DNA of 64,000 nucleotides from NCBI GenBank assembly GCA_965223265.1, contig OZ244999.1, positions 5,440,001-5,504,000 of the forward strand, in the 5' to 3' direction. The stretch is from Planctomycetota bacterium. Its GTDB lineage: Bacteria; Planctomycetota; UBA8108; SXIK01. Both the position numbers and the translations under genes were made by a program. A model generated the notes under the pieces. The model was not told the origin of the DNA. It was given only the letters and a program-made list of their open reading frames with translations, and ran no database searches. Of the stretch, positions 1 through 9,506 are shown one piece after another. The stretch's first letter is position 1; every line of letters starts with the position of its first letter.

Positions 1-159
1 CCGATAACGTTGTGCTTCGCGCCACATCTGATCGATACGAGGTCACGGGTCAAGAATTCCCTCGCCTGGAGCGATGAATCAATTGACAGGTGTCGCGGCT
101 CCTCGGGAGTCAGCGCCGCAACCGACGGGACATCGTAACGCTTTTTCTGGAATAGTCTT

Positions 160-1569
160 ATGATCAAGGTGACCGCTCAGACTGACAAAGTCTGTGTCGC
201 CAAGGTCCACGAGGCCGACCAAGACCAGGTGTTCGATCACTGGGACTCGCTCCCCGGTGAGGAGCAGAAGGCGCTCCTCGCCCAGGTGCGCGACGTCGAC
301 TTCCAGTTGCTCAAGCGACTGGTCCAGCAGCACCTGCACAACACCGAGCCCGACGACGAACGCGTGCTCAAGCCGGTGACGCCCGCACGCTTGCCAGAGC
401 GACGGGTGGCGAAAGAAGAGTACGAACTCTGCCGCAGCTTGGGCGACTACTCGATCAAGAAGGGCGAGGTCGCCATCGTCACCGCATCGGGAATCGCTGG
501 CAGCGGCACGACGGCGGAACCTGTTGGAATGTTGCCGGTCGGACCAGTCACCGGCAAGAGCGTCTTCCAGCTCCACGCCGAGAAGGTCCGCGCGCTCAAC
601 AGGCGCCACAAAGTGTCGACTCGCTGGCACATCTTTTGTCACCCCGACCACCTCGATGCGACCGTCGAGTACTTCAAAGAGAATGGGCACTTTCGGCTGA
701 ACTGCTCCGACATCCACTTCCACGCCCAGGAGCTCTGCCCGATCGTCAATCGGCGCGGCAAGCTGCTCCTGGAAGGGCCGGGCGAGATCGCTATGACGAC
801 GCGCGGGCATGGGGACGTCCTGCGCCAGCTCATCGAGCCAGAGATGCTCAATGTGCTGCAAAAAGCCGGCGTCAAGTACGTCGAGTACTTTCAGTCGGAC
901 AACCCGTTAGTGAAGGTGGGCGATTCACTGTTTCTCGGCTACCACATCAAGAACCAGTCCCAAGTCACCTCGAAGAGTGTCCGCAAGGTCGACCCGAGCG
1001 AAGCGGTCGGCGTGTTTTGCTACTTCAATGGCACCCTTGGGGTCGTCGAGAACAGCGAGCTACCGCCGGAGGATCGCGACCGTCGAAACGAGGATGGTGG
1101 CCTTGTTTTCTCTGCCGGAAACATAGCGAACCACATCTTCTCGATGGACTTTCTCGCCGAGCTCAGTCAGTCGGGATTCAAGCTCCCGTATCACAAGGTG
1201 CCTTCTCGAATACGTTACCTCACCAAGAGTGGACGCTTCGTGCGGCCCTCCGAGCCGACCATGATTCAGTTTCAGAGTTTCATGTGCGACGCGCTGCCGG
1301 AGGCGCGGCGGACGAACGTGATCGAAGTGGAACGCGAGGAAGAGTTTTCTCCGATCAAGAACACGGGGGGGAACGAATCACCGCAGACGGCGCAGCGAGA
1401 CTTGTCCCATCTCTACTCCCAATGGCTGAAACATGCGTGCAACGGCTTCGACAAGGAGATGGATTTCGGTCGGACGGTGGAAATCTCGCCGCTTTACGCC
1501 CTCGACGCAAACGAACTGAAAGAGAAGATCGAACTGCCGGTCGATACGACCAGCGACATCTTGCTTTAA
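160..1569 (+). CDS. UDP-N-acetylglucosamine pyrophosphorylase-like protein (eukaryote-type UAP/UDPGP family) with degenerate active-site motifs
   Basis: Collinear with the UAP family (QDQVFDHWDSL, GPVTGKSVFQLHAEK, GHG, DNPL, FSPIKN, VEISPLYALD). The AGGQGTRLG..PKG signature is replaced by ASGIAGSGTTAEPVG. Confidence 0.85.
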   Translation: MIKVTAQTDKVCVAKVHEADQDQVFDHWDSLPGEEQKALLAQVRDVDFQLLKRLVQQHLHNTEPDDERVLKPVTPARLPERRVAKEEYELCRSLGDYSIKKGEVAIVTASGIAGSGTTAEPVGMLPVGPVTGKSVFQLHAEKVRALNRRHKVSTRWHIFCHPDHLDATVEYFKENGHFRLNCSDIHFHAQELCPIVNRRGKLLLEGPGEIAMTTRGHGDVLRQLIEPEMLNVLQKAGVKYVEYFQSDNPLVKVGDSLFLGYHIKNQSQVTSKSVRKVDPSEAVGVFCYFNGTLGVVENSELPPEDRDRRNEDGGLVFSAGNIANHIFSMDFLAELSQSGFKLPYHKVPSRIRYLTKSGRFVRPSEPTMIQFQSFMCDALPEARRTNVIEVEREEEFSPIKNTGGNESPQTAQRDLSHLYSQWLKHACNGFDKEMDFGRTVEISPLYALDANELKEKIELPVDTTSDILL

Positions 1570-1693
1570 CCTCGAGTTTGGCCCCGCGACCGCCCCCAAG
1601 CGCAGGCAACTCCGGAACGCTGTCGCGTGAACGCGTTTTTTTCGGCCGTATGATTTCTTCCGGCAAGCTGGCAACGCACACACCGAGACATTC

Positions 1694-3592
1694 ATGGACG
1701 TCGACCCTCGCTCGCGTAGTTTTCCGCCCAACTGTCGAGCTGGACCGCGGGCACCGCTACCGCCTCGGCTCCAACCTCTTAACGGTAGCATCATCGCACT
1801 GGTGCTGTGCCTTTTCGTTCTCGGCGCGCAAATTCCAGCGTCAGCAGCAGGAGTACGCGACCGCGCAACGGTCGACGCGCTGGTTGAACGACTGAACACC
1901 GAGGATGAGTTCCGGCGTGCACGGACGGAGGCGGAGTTGCTCCGTCTGGGCACGCGCGCGCTGCCGGCTCTTGCCCAAAGTCTTCATCTCGCCGACCGCA
2001 AATCGAGATTCCGTGCCATCGCAGTCTTTTCGCATTTGATGAGAGAGCTCTTGACGGAGTACGGCACTGAACACGTAGCGCTGCTTTCAGACACGCGCCG
2101 CCAACTGCAGATCGAGAAACAAAAACGGAGCGTTGAAGCACAAGAAGAACTCAAGTCGAAGACGGCAGCGTTGTCGGCTGCAGACCCCGAGATCGAAGAT
2201 AAGCTAGCGTCGCTCTACCAGCTCGAGCAGTTGAAGCGGAGCGAGGAAGGACTTAAGCAGCAGCCGCCCGAAGTGGCGGAGTCGTATCGTGCGCGCATAG
2301 CGGATCTCGAGGACAAGTACGCTGCATGGAAGGAAGCAGACGCTGACTTTGAGGATAAAGTCCGTCCTCTGGTGGAGCTCTACGTCGCTGAAGTCGCTGG
2401 CCATTCACCTTTCACCGAGCTCGATGCGCTGCGACTGGAAGAGCTCAACGAGTCGATAGCCGACCGAACACCGAGGGTCGAAAGCCTGAAAGAGCAGATT
2501 CTTGACGTCGGCATCTCGGCGCTCAATGAGGCTTTGGCGCAGCGTCGTTTCGTTCCCGCGACCGAGCGAGCAGTCTTCGCACACCTCGTGGCCGAAGGCG
2601 TCACGCGATTCGGCGGAGCTCATTTGACGATCGGCGAAGAGTTCGAGGTCGTCCGCTACACGCACGCGCTGCTGTGGGCAGACGAGGTCGAACGAGGGCA
2701 ACCAGAGGCCGAGCAGGCGAAACGGTTACTGACCCGCCATCTCGACCTCGTGCTGCGCGATCTCGGCGACCACGATCCTGTGGTCGCTAAGCGCGCTGCG
2801 GACGAACTCTTTCTCCTTGGCGAGCATGGACTTGCTGCCCTCGATCGTTCGGTCGCTGCGAGTTCAGCGGACAACCAAGGCCAACGAAAGTTTCTGCGCG
2901 AGTTGCTCCATTGGCAGATTCCACCGTCGACGTACGACCGAGTTGGCATCGATTTCAGCAAATTCCACCAGCTCCCATTTCAGCAGCGACGAAGATTCGT
3001 CTTCGACTATGCACGCGTTGCCGGCCGCGAGGCGATCAGCACGTTACACAAGGTGATAGAGCGCGATGACAGCCTCATGATCAAGCTCGCCGCCGCAAAG
3101 GCGCTGGCCGGACTTCGTGACCTCTCGGGCTACAACTTCCTCGTCCGCAACTATCCCGAGATGACGCTCAAGAAACCGGAGGTGTCCCGCGAGCTTCTCA
3201 TCGCCCAAGCATATGAACACATACGAGAAAAGAAGTACGCGCTCGCGGTCGGAGAGTTGCGAAGAGTCCTCGACGAGGCGCCTTTCGACTTTCGGGCGAA
3301 CTATCACATCGCCTTCGCGTACCTCCTCCTCCATAGTTACGCAAAGTCGATCCACCACTTCGAGATCGCGCGTCGGATCAATCCTAAGGACCAATTGACG
3401 CTCTACAATCTAGCCTGTGCGTATGCTCTGGTGGATCAACACGACGCGGCGTTGGAAGCCCTAGAATCGTCAGTCGACGCAGGATTCTCGGACCATGACC
3501 ACATGGAGAAGGATCCCGATTTGGAGTCACTGCGTAGCGCCGAACGTTATCGTCGACTCATCGAAAAAATGAAACAGACTAGCGCGGAGTGA
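1694..3592 (+). CDS. Secreted or membrane-anchored HEAT-repeat/coiled-coil/TPR protein (start uncertain)
   Basis: Hydrophobic N-terminal segment IIALVLCLFVLGA, HEAT-like helices, C-terminal TPR ending YNLACAYAL...AGF...DPDLESLR. Confidence 0.75.
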   Translation: MDVDPRSRSFPPNCRAGPRAPLPPRLQPLNGSIIALVLCLFVLGAQIPASAAGVRDRATVDALVERLNTEDEFRRARTEAELLRLGTRALPALAQSLHLADRKSRFRAIAVFSHLMRELLTEYGTEHVALLSDTRRQLQIEKQKRSVEAQEELKSKTAALSAADPEIEDKLASLYQLEQLKRSEEGLKQQPPEVAESYRARIADLEDKYAAWKEADADFEDKVRPLVELYVAEVAGHSPFTELDALRLEELNESIADRTPRVESLKEQILDVGISALNEALAQRRFVPATERAVFAHLVAEGVTRFGGAHLTIGEEFEVVRYTHALLWADEVERGQPEAEQAKRLLTRHLDLVLRDLGDHDPVVAKRAADELFLLGEHGLAALDRSVAASSADNQGQRKFLRELLHWQIPPSTYDRVGIDFSKFHQLPFQQRRRFVFDYARVAGREAISTLHKVIERDDSLMIKLAAAKALAGLRDLSGYNFLVRNYPEMTLKKPEVSRELLIAQAYEHIREKKYALAVGELRRVLDEAPFDFRANYHIAFAYLLLHSYAKSIHHFEIARRINPKDQLTLYNLACAYALVDQHDAALEALESSVDAGFSDHDHMEKDPDLESLRSAERYRRLIEKMKQTSAE

Positions 3593-3794
3593 CGGATTCG
3601 GCGTCAACTCCTCGTTTCCGGCTCGTGCGCGCAAGTTCCGGTGCGCCGTGCCACATGATCGCTTCCTGGGTGGATGGTATCTTTGGGAGCATCCATCACC
3701 GACACTGGCCCGGATTCTTCGCGCCTCGACGCTGCTGACGCGGCCGAGTCGCAACGATTAGGAGTGTCTTCCCGTCCCAGGACGAAATGCATTC

Positions 3795-6700
3795 ATGGTA
3801 ACTTCCGCGAACAAGGTGAACGAGCTCGCTGAACAGATCCTGACGGCGGCGCGACTGAAGCTGACGGGGACAATTCGGGTCAAGAGCACTGACGAGCAAC
3901 GAAAGCAGATCCTCGTGATCGGCGGTTACATCGCCGACGTCGATACCGGACGCGAACAAGGCGTCCTCGAAACAGCTCTCATCCGCACCGAAGGTTTCTC
4001 CCCCAAGGATCTCAAGCGCGCACAGAAAACTGCAGCGAAACAGAAGATCCCGATCGGCGTTGCACTCCTCGATACGGATCTAGTGCCTCAGGAGGTCGTG
4101 GCCGAGTTCGTCCAGCTACAGCTACTCGACGAAATCTGTGAGGTTTTCAGCTGGGACGTCGAGAGTTCAGACTGCCACCAGCACGCTGAAGGTGAACGGC
4201 TGGAAGATTTCCAGTCCGATCTTTCGGACTACCTCGATGTCTATTTGGACGGCGAAGAAGTTTTCCTTGAAGCAGCGCGCTGCCTGAGCGACTGGGAGCT
4301 GGTGACGCTGCACTTCGACGTCTTGCGAGACGTCTTTTATGCCACGCCTAGTAGCTTCCAGTACTTCAAGGCCCAGGATAGCTTTCCTGAGGAACACGCC
4401 ATTATCGGTGCCGTCGATGGCATAAAAGACATCGAAGAGGTCGTCATCGCTTCGGGCCTGGACCCGTTCCAGGCACTGAAAATCGTTCGACGGCTGATTG
4501 CGAGCACGGAACTCGAGCTCGTCAATCCAGTGCAGATGTATCAACTCGGTGTCGAGTCCGCCGCGGCTGACAATCACGAGAAGGCCTGCCGGCTCTTCGT
4601 GCGCGCGCACGAGAGAGGCCTCGATGACTTCGACCTTCAGCTGAAGATGGCGCAGACATTCGAGGCTCTCGGTCTGAAGAACGAGGCTGGGCAATGGTAT
4701 CGTCAGTTCGCCGAGAAGTGCCTCGATCAGTTGCGTACCGACGAAGCCGCGCGTGCCTTGAAGAAAGCGGTTCGTTTCGAACCCGACAACATGGATCTGA
4801 GGGAACAGTACCTCTCACTCGTGTTTCAAAACGGGAGCCGAGAGGAGGCCATCGATGAGTTGGTCGACCTCGCAGAACGGAAAGCTTCTCAAGGCCACTT
4901 CGATGCAGCGCTGTCTCTACTGGTCCACCACCAAGACGACGGCGAACAAGACGTCAAGTTACAGCAAAAGATCATCGAGCTGGCAGAGACGGCCGGCAGG
5001 CATGATATCGCGGCTCGCGAACGCGAGGCTCTCGCAAAGGGTCTCGAGCAACGCAAAGACGTCGAGTCCGCACTTGGCGTCTATCAGAGAATGTTTTGTG
5101 ACGGAGACGACTCCATCGACGTGCGTCTCAAGTTGATCGAGCTGCACCACAAGAGCGGCAACCGGAACAAAGCGCTAGATCACCTCCAGAACATTCTGAA
5201 CTTGCCTCCGAAGCAAGGTGTTCGTGACCCCGAGACTCTCCGGGGGCTCCACGAGACCATGCGCGAACTCCGCCCGGCGGATCGTGTGTCGAACCAATGG
5301 CTGGTCAAGTTCCACTCAGAGAACGGCGACGACGCTCAGGCCGCTAACGTCTTGACCGAGTGGATCGGCCAACTTGAGCGGGAGAGCGAGAGCGAAACAG
5401 ACGACCTCGAGAACGCCTATCAGCAGCTCATAGCACTCGACGATCGCACCGAGTTCCGTTGGGGTCTCGCCGCAACGCTCGAGCGTGCGGGAAAGCTTGC
5501 AGAGGCACAGCGCGAGCTTCGCAGCCTGGCGAACCTTTCGCTTCGCAAGCAGGACTACGAGCAAGCTATGAAAGCGCTCGACTACATTCTCAAGCGCGCG
5601 CCATTCGACATCGAAACGCGAAAAATGCAGGCGGAGCTCTACGAAGCACAAGGGGACCGCCCGCTGGCCGCAAAGAAGTGCAAGGAAATTGCATTCCTCG
5701 ACATCGTCTCCGGCAACGTTCAGGAAGCGGAGCAGTTCTGTCGCCAAGTGCTCGTGATCGAACCAACCGACGCCGAAATGGTCACCAAACTCGGTGAGCT
5801 GTGCGAAGACTCCGGTGACGTGCGCAAGGCTGAAGAACAATACCTCAAGGCTGGAAAGATCCACTTCAAGAACAAGAATTACGGTTTTTGCCACGCGGCC
5901 GTCGAACGCTTGCTGAAGCTCGATGCTGGACATGCGGAGGGCTTAGCGCTGCTCGAAGAAGTCACTGCGCAGCTCGAAGGCGCCGCGACGCGGAGCACAG
6001 TGGCTTCACCAGCCGCCGCGGTTCCTGCTGCGACGACGCCGGCGCCTACGGCGCCGCAAGGTCAGACCGCTGCACCAGCGGCAGCGGCGGCGTTGCAAGT
6101 TGCCGCTTCAGCACCAGCACCGGCGGCAGCATCGTCGACACCTCAAAAGGAGTTCTTTCAGCCTCCACCTCCTGTCGTCACAACGGTGTCGAAGAGTATG
6201 GCACGGCTTCGCCAGCTAAAGTCAAAGAGCACCCCACCGGCGGTCGAGCTTTCAGCAGGCGAGACCAGCTCAGAGGGCGCTCCCGCTCAGACCAGCGTTG
6301 GCGGCGGCGGACGAACGGCGACCGTCAGCGTCACGAACGTGGCGGCCAAGCTCATGGCGATGAAAGGGGGCCCCGCACCCGTCGCCATGAGCGCCCAAGA
6401 ATCACCTGACGACAATGGAGCGCCGCCAGAAGCGGAAGCGACAGGCTCAGCTCCCGCGGACCCTGCAGCGACGGCTCCCGATCCAGCACAAACAACACTT
6501 CCGCCCGCAGATCCCACGGCGTCGGCGCCAAAGACTGGCGGCAAATTGGCGTCGGCGAACGCTGCCCTGCATGCAGCGGCGTCTCGCCTCAAAGCACTCG
6601 CTGGGCGCAAGGGTGGTGGCGACGACGCGGATGGACCTGGCGTGACCGCCGACGCCACCGCGACGGGCACCAGCGCCGCGGCTGGTGACGCATCCGTCCG

Positions 6701-6929
6701 CGCACAGGAGAACACAGCGACGCCGTCTGACGAATCGCCGGCTCCAACGACGCCACAAGTCGCCGCCGATGCGGCCACCGACAGCGACCAGAACCTGAGC
6801 TACCCGGAAAAGACCGAACAGGTCAAACCTCTGAAGCTGGGAGGCGCGGCCAATCGACTGGCAGCACTGCGCCAGGCAAAGACTGTCACGGTCGACGAAG
6901 AGGACCTTGAGGTCGAGTCAACACGGTAG
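3795..6929 (+). CDS. Large TPR-repeat protein with N-terminal DUF4388-like domain and Ala/Pro/Thr-rich disordered tail
   Basis: N-terminus LTGTIRV...GGYI...EICEVFSW resembles DUF4388/PATAN-type domains. About 500 aa of TPR-like helices follow, then about 310 aa of low complexity. Confidence 0.75.
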   Translation: MVTSANKVNELAEQILTAARLKLTGTIRVKSTDEQRKQILVIGGYIADVDTGREQGVLETALIRTEGFSPKDLKRAQKTAAKQKIPIGVALLDTDLVPQEVVAEFVQLQLLDEICEVFSWDVESSDCHQHAEGERLEDFQSDLSDYLDVYLDGEEVFLEAARCLSDWELVTLHFDVLRDVFYATPSSFQYFKAQDSFPEEHAIIGAVDGIKDIEEVVIASGLDPFQALKIVRRLIASTELELVNPVQMYQLGVESAAADNHEKACRLFVRAHERGLDDFDLQLKMAQTFEALGLKNEAGQWYRQFAEKCLDQLRTDEAARALKKAVRFEPDNMDLREQYLSLVFQNGSREEAIDELVDLAERKASQGHFDAALSLLVHHQDDGEQDVKLQQKIIELAETAGRHDIAAREREALAKGLEQRKDVESALGVYQRMFCDGDDSIDVRLKLIELHHKSGNRNKALDHLQNILNLPPKQGVRDPETLRGLHETMRELRPADRVSNQWLVKFHSENGDDAQAANVLTEWIGQLERESESETDDLENAYQQLIALDDRTEFRWGLAATLERAGKLAEAQRELRSLANLSLRKQDYEQAMKALDYILKRAPFDIETRKMQAELYEAQGDRPLAAKKCKEIAFLDIVSGNVQEAEQFCRQVLVIEPTDAEMVTKLGELCEDSGDVRKAEEQYLKAGKIHFKNKNYGFCHAAVERLLKLDAGHAEGLALLEEVTAQLEGAATRSTVASPAAAVPAATTPAPTAPQGQTAAPAAAAALQVAASAPAPAAASSTPQKEFFQPPPPVVTTVSKSMARLRQLKSKSTPPAVELSAGETSSEGAPAQTSVGGGGRTATVSVTNVAAKLMAMKGGPAPVAMSAQESPDDNGAPPEAEATGSAPADPAATAPDPAQTTLPPADPTASAPKTGGKLASANAALHAAASRLKALAGRKGGGDDADGPGVTADATATGTSAAAGDASVRAQENTATPSDESPAPTTPQVAADAATDSDQNLSYPEKTEQVKPLKLGGAANRLAALRQAKTVTVDEEDLEVESTR

Positions 6930-6972
6930 CCTGCGCGACGGGCGATCCCCTCTGGCGAGCCGGGCGCGAAAA

Positions 6973-7056
6973 TGGGCTAGAAGGGAGTCGAACCCTTACT
7001 CCCGTTACGGGAACGGGATTTTAAATCCCGCGCGTCTGCCATTCCGCCACTAGCCC
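6973..7056 (-). tRNA. tRNA-Leu(TAA), no encoded CCA
   Basis: Reverse complement GGGCTAGTGGCGGAATGGCAGACGCGCGGGATTTAAAATCCCG...GGTTCGACTCCCTTCTAGCCCA folds as a cloverleaf with a long variable arm and anticodon TAA. Confidence 0.96.
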
Positions 7057-7278
7057 ATGAACTTGCGGCGCGTAGATCCTATGTCGAGTCGCGTACGACC
7101 GCCAACCGAAAACGTCGCCAAGCCCCAAAGCGACCGCTTAGCAAGTGAGACGCGGTCGCTTTGGGACGAACGAGAGACGCGCGCAGCGGGCCCTCAGCGA
7201 GGCCCATTTTTCCGTTGTCGGCCCGAAAACCATGGGCTACAAGGTCCATCGCAAGGTCGGGCAACCGGCCACGAAGGT

Positions 7279-7354
7279 GCGCCCGTAGCTCAGTCGGAAG
7301 AGCAACAGATTTCTAATCTGTAGGTCCCAGGTTCGAGCCCTGGCGGGCGTGCCA
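7279..7354 (+). tRNA. tRNA-Arg(TCT), CCA encoded
   Basis: GCGCCCGTAGCTCAGTCGGAAGAGCAACAGATTTCTAATCTGTAGGTCCCAGGTTCGAGCCCTGGCGGGCGTGCCA; anticodon arm ACAGA-TT-TCT-AA-TCTGT. Confidence 0.97.
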
Positions 7355-7424
7355 TTTAGACGCAATGACTTACGGAGCATGCCGGTGTCCTCAAGCTCGT
7401 CGCTTTAGACGTCGATTAGACGTC
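7355..7424 (+). mobile_element. Putative att-site remnant (IHF-like site and tandem arm-type repeats) at the tRNA-Arg 3' end
   Basis: CAATGACTTA (CAA-N4-TTR) lies just after the tRNA. TTAGACG(TC) occurs at 7356, 7405 and 7416. Confidence 0.45.
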
Positions 7425-7483
7425 CCGGTTTGACGCCTGAGCCACTTAAGTAAGTCCGATTCGAGGTACAAATACCGCCTTCC

Positions 7484-7809
7484 ATGAGGGCATCGACAGT
7501 CTGTGGGTTCTCGGGGCCATCGTGGCGGTGGGATGCGCAAGCCATCAAATGGTCAACCCGGCAATAGCTGACGAGCCGGTCGTATCGAAGATCGTGAAAG
7601 GAGAGACGAGCAAGACTCAAGTTGAGGAGCTGATCGGTAAGCCTACAGCCGTGGAATTCACCGACGGTGGCTTAGAGAAGTGGGCCTACGTTCATGCGGA
7701 CACGTCGTACTACGGGCTAGGCTACGCCGCGAAGAGACACACCCTCACCGCCGTCTTCGACGATGACGGGACAGTCAAGCACGTTGGCAAGGGGGAGCTG
7801 GACCATTAG
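7484..7809 (+). pseudogene. SmpA/BamE-like lipoprotein, frameshifted in the signal peptide
   Basis: KIVKGETSKTQVEELIGKP...EKWAY...FDDDGTV is the SmpA/OmlA pattern. ATG 7484 is out of frame; adding one base near 7500 gives MRASTVLWVLGAIVAVGC. Confidence 0.6.
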
Positions 7810-7827
7810 AAGCACAGGGAGGTGGTC

Positions 7828-8535
7828 ATGAAGGCAATTCTTAGTTTTTCGATCTTGTGGGCGACACTGAGCGTGGGTTGCTCTTTCAATCCTTGGGTTC
7901 ATTCATCGGTCACGAATACTTGCGCTGGGGCCTCCGTCGAAATTGAGTGGTTTGGTGACGGAGCTCAGAACTTAGTTCTTGAGGTCATTCCCCACGACGG
8001 GTCTGCACCCTCAAGCACCCCGGTCTCTGACAGGGGGAAGAAGACGATAACAGTGCAACGTTCGGCCAAAATCTGCATGATCGGAACGTACGACGGCAGA
8101 CGAGAGCCGCGTTGTCTAGATGTCAACGTCGTTCCCAGGACCGGAAAGCCAGCTGACCTCACGTTGAGGCCACGCTGTGACAAGAACCTCTCGCCCGCCA
8201 ACTTCGAATGGTCCACGTCAGTGTCACCAAACGAGTATGCTCCTGTCGTTACTGTCGGAACTGTCACGAATCTGAGCGACCGAGCGTTGACGGTGTCGCA
8301 TCAGGGTCAACCACCCAAACTTCTCAGGCCACACGAGTCTTCCCAACATTGGTCAGGGGTGCCGTATGTTGGAGATTGGATTGCGACTGGAAGACTGAAA
8401 GACTTCAACAGCGGCGTGCAGTCGGTCGAGGACTGCGGAGCACCGCAAGGTTCGGTGAACGTGCCAACCACTGGCGGCAGTGTCTACCCGGAGAGCGTCA
8501 ACCTTGGTGTCCAGATCTTCTGTGCCGGTCCCTGA
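7828..8535 (+). CDS. Hypothetical Cys-containing lipoprotein
   Basis: GGAGG RBS; signal peptide MKAILSFSILWATLSVG-C; beta-rich body. Confidence 0.75.
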   Translation: MKAILSFSILWATLSVGCSFNPWVHSSVTNTCAGASVEIEWFGDGAQNLVLEVIPHDGSAPSSTPVSDRGKKTITVQRSAKICMIGTYDGRREPRCLDVNVVPRTGKPADLTLRPRCDKNLSPANFEWSTSVSPNEYAPVVTVGTVTNLSDRALTVSHQGQPPKLLRPHESSQHWSGVPYVGDWIATGRLKDFNSGVQSVEDCGAPQGSVNVPTTGGSVYPESVNLGVQIFCAGP

Positions 8536-8574
8536 GTCGGAATCGCCCGTCAACGGACTCAAAGTCAACTACTC

Positions 8575-8808
8575 ATGAACGCGCCCGACCTCACCGCCGA
8601 GATCCTGGTCGACGAAAACGGCAAGAACGAGTACGTCCTCCGATTCCCAGGCGGCAAAGAAGGCCGCTGGAGCGGACGCAACGCGCGCATGCTCGAACAG
8701 ATGATGGAGAGCGGCGGCTTCGAGTTTCACGACCTGCCGCAGAGACGCTCAAGGAAGATCCGCTTGAGTTCGAGCGGTGTGGCGTCGGTGTTGATGAGAT
8801 CGAGCTGA
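8575..8808 (+). CDS. Small hypothetical protein (possibly a fragment)
   Basis: 77-aa ORF with coding-like codon use in its first two-thirds. Confidence 0.4.
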   Translation: MNAPDLTAEILVDENGKNEYVLRFPGGKEGRWSGRNARMLEQMMESGGFEFHDLPQRRSRKIRLSSSGVASVLMRSS

Positions 8809-8823
8809 TCTGAAGGCAGAAGC

Positions 8824-8886
8824 GTGGCGAATCCCGAGCACCTTGAATTCCTGAAACAAGACGTCGAGAAGTCGAGAAGCGGAACG
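8824..8886 (+). pseudogene. Relic 5' end of a pentapeptide-repeat protein gene (copy 1)
   Basis: Encodes MANPEHLEFLKQDVEK; an 8-nt duplication TCGAGAAG breaks the frame. Near-repeat of 9452-9506. Confidence 0.55.
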
Positions 8887-8942
8887 AAGGCTCTCCCAGG
8901 GCAGCCTTCTACCCTACCTATACCGATAATGTGGAGGGCGTT

Positions 8943-9437
8943 ATGAGGGGGATTCTCACTCCGTCGGTTCTGTACGTCTTCGCCGTCGTGGCTTCAGGCG
9001 TTTCTTGCAGCGAGTACGAGATTAAGAAACTGCCATACGACCGACAAGAGTCCTTCGAGCTGGGAGTCGTACAGAACACCGGGCGCTTCTGTGTATACAG
9101 CAGCAGAGATACAGCGTTCAGTGCCGACCTGTCAGGCCATAGCATCTACGCGATCGAAGTCGAGGGGCTAGAGTCAGCGCTGACGCCTGCCGAGATTCGA
9201 GTCGTCGCGTGGACGACGGGTAGTAACGTCAACCCGCCGGATCTTCTGACCAACTGGACTGCTGTCGACCCTTCCGATGGTGAGGTTTGGTTGTTCAGGC
9301 TCGAAGGCGCAGAACTTGGCGATCTTTCTACCGCGAGCGGCTCTTCCGTCGTATTCGCCGTCGAAATCTTCCCAGGGTCGAACCAGTGTGAGGAGTTCCT
9401 ACCCATGGAGTTTCGACTGGAACTTCTGCATCGATAG
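8943..9437 (+). CDS. Hypothetical lipoprotein or secreted protein
   Basis: GGAGG RBS; hydrophobic leader ending ASGVS-C. Confidence 0.65.
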   Translation: MRGILTPSVLYVFAVVASGVSCSEYEIKKLPYDRQESFELGVVQNTGRFCVYSSRDTAFSADLSGHSIYAIEVEGLESALTPAEIRVVAWTTGSNVNPPDLLTNWTAVDPSDGEVWLFRLEGAELGDLSTASGSSVVFAVEIFPGSNQCEEFLPMEFRLELLHR

Positions 9438-9451
9438 GATGAAGCTCGACC

Positions 9452-9506
9452 ATGGTGAATCCCGAGCACCTGAAGCTCCTGAAGCAAGGCGTCGAGCAGT
9501 GGAACG
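9452..9506 (+). pseudogene. Relic 5' end of a pentapeptide-repeat protein gene (copy 2)
   Basis: MVNPEHLKLLKQGVEQWN matches the typical MANPEHLxxLKQGVxxWN start, then similarity ends abruptly. Confidence 0.6.
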
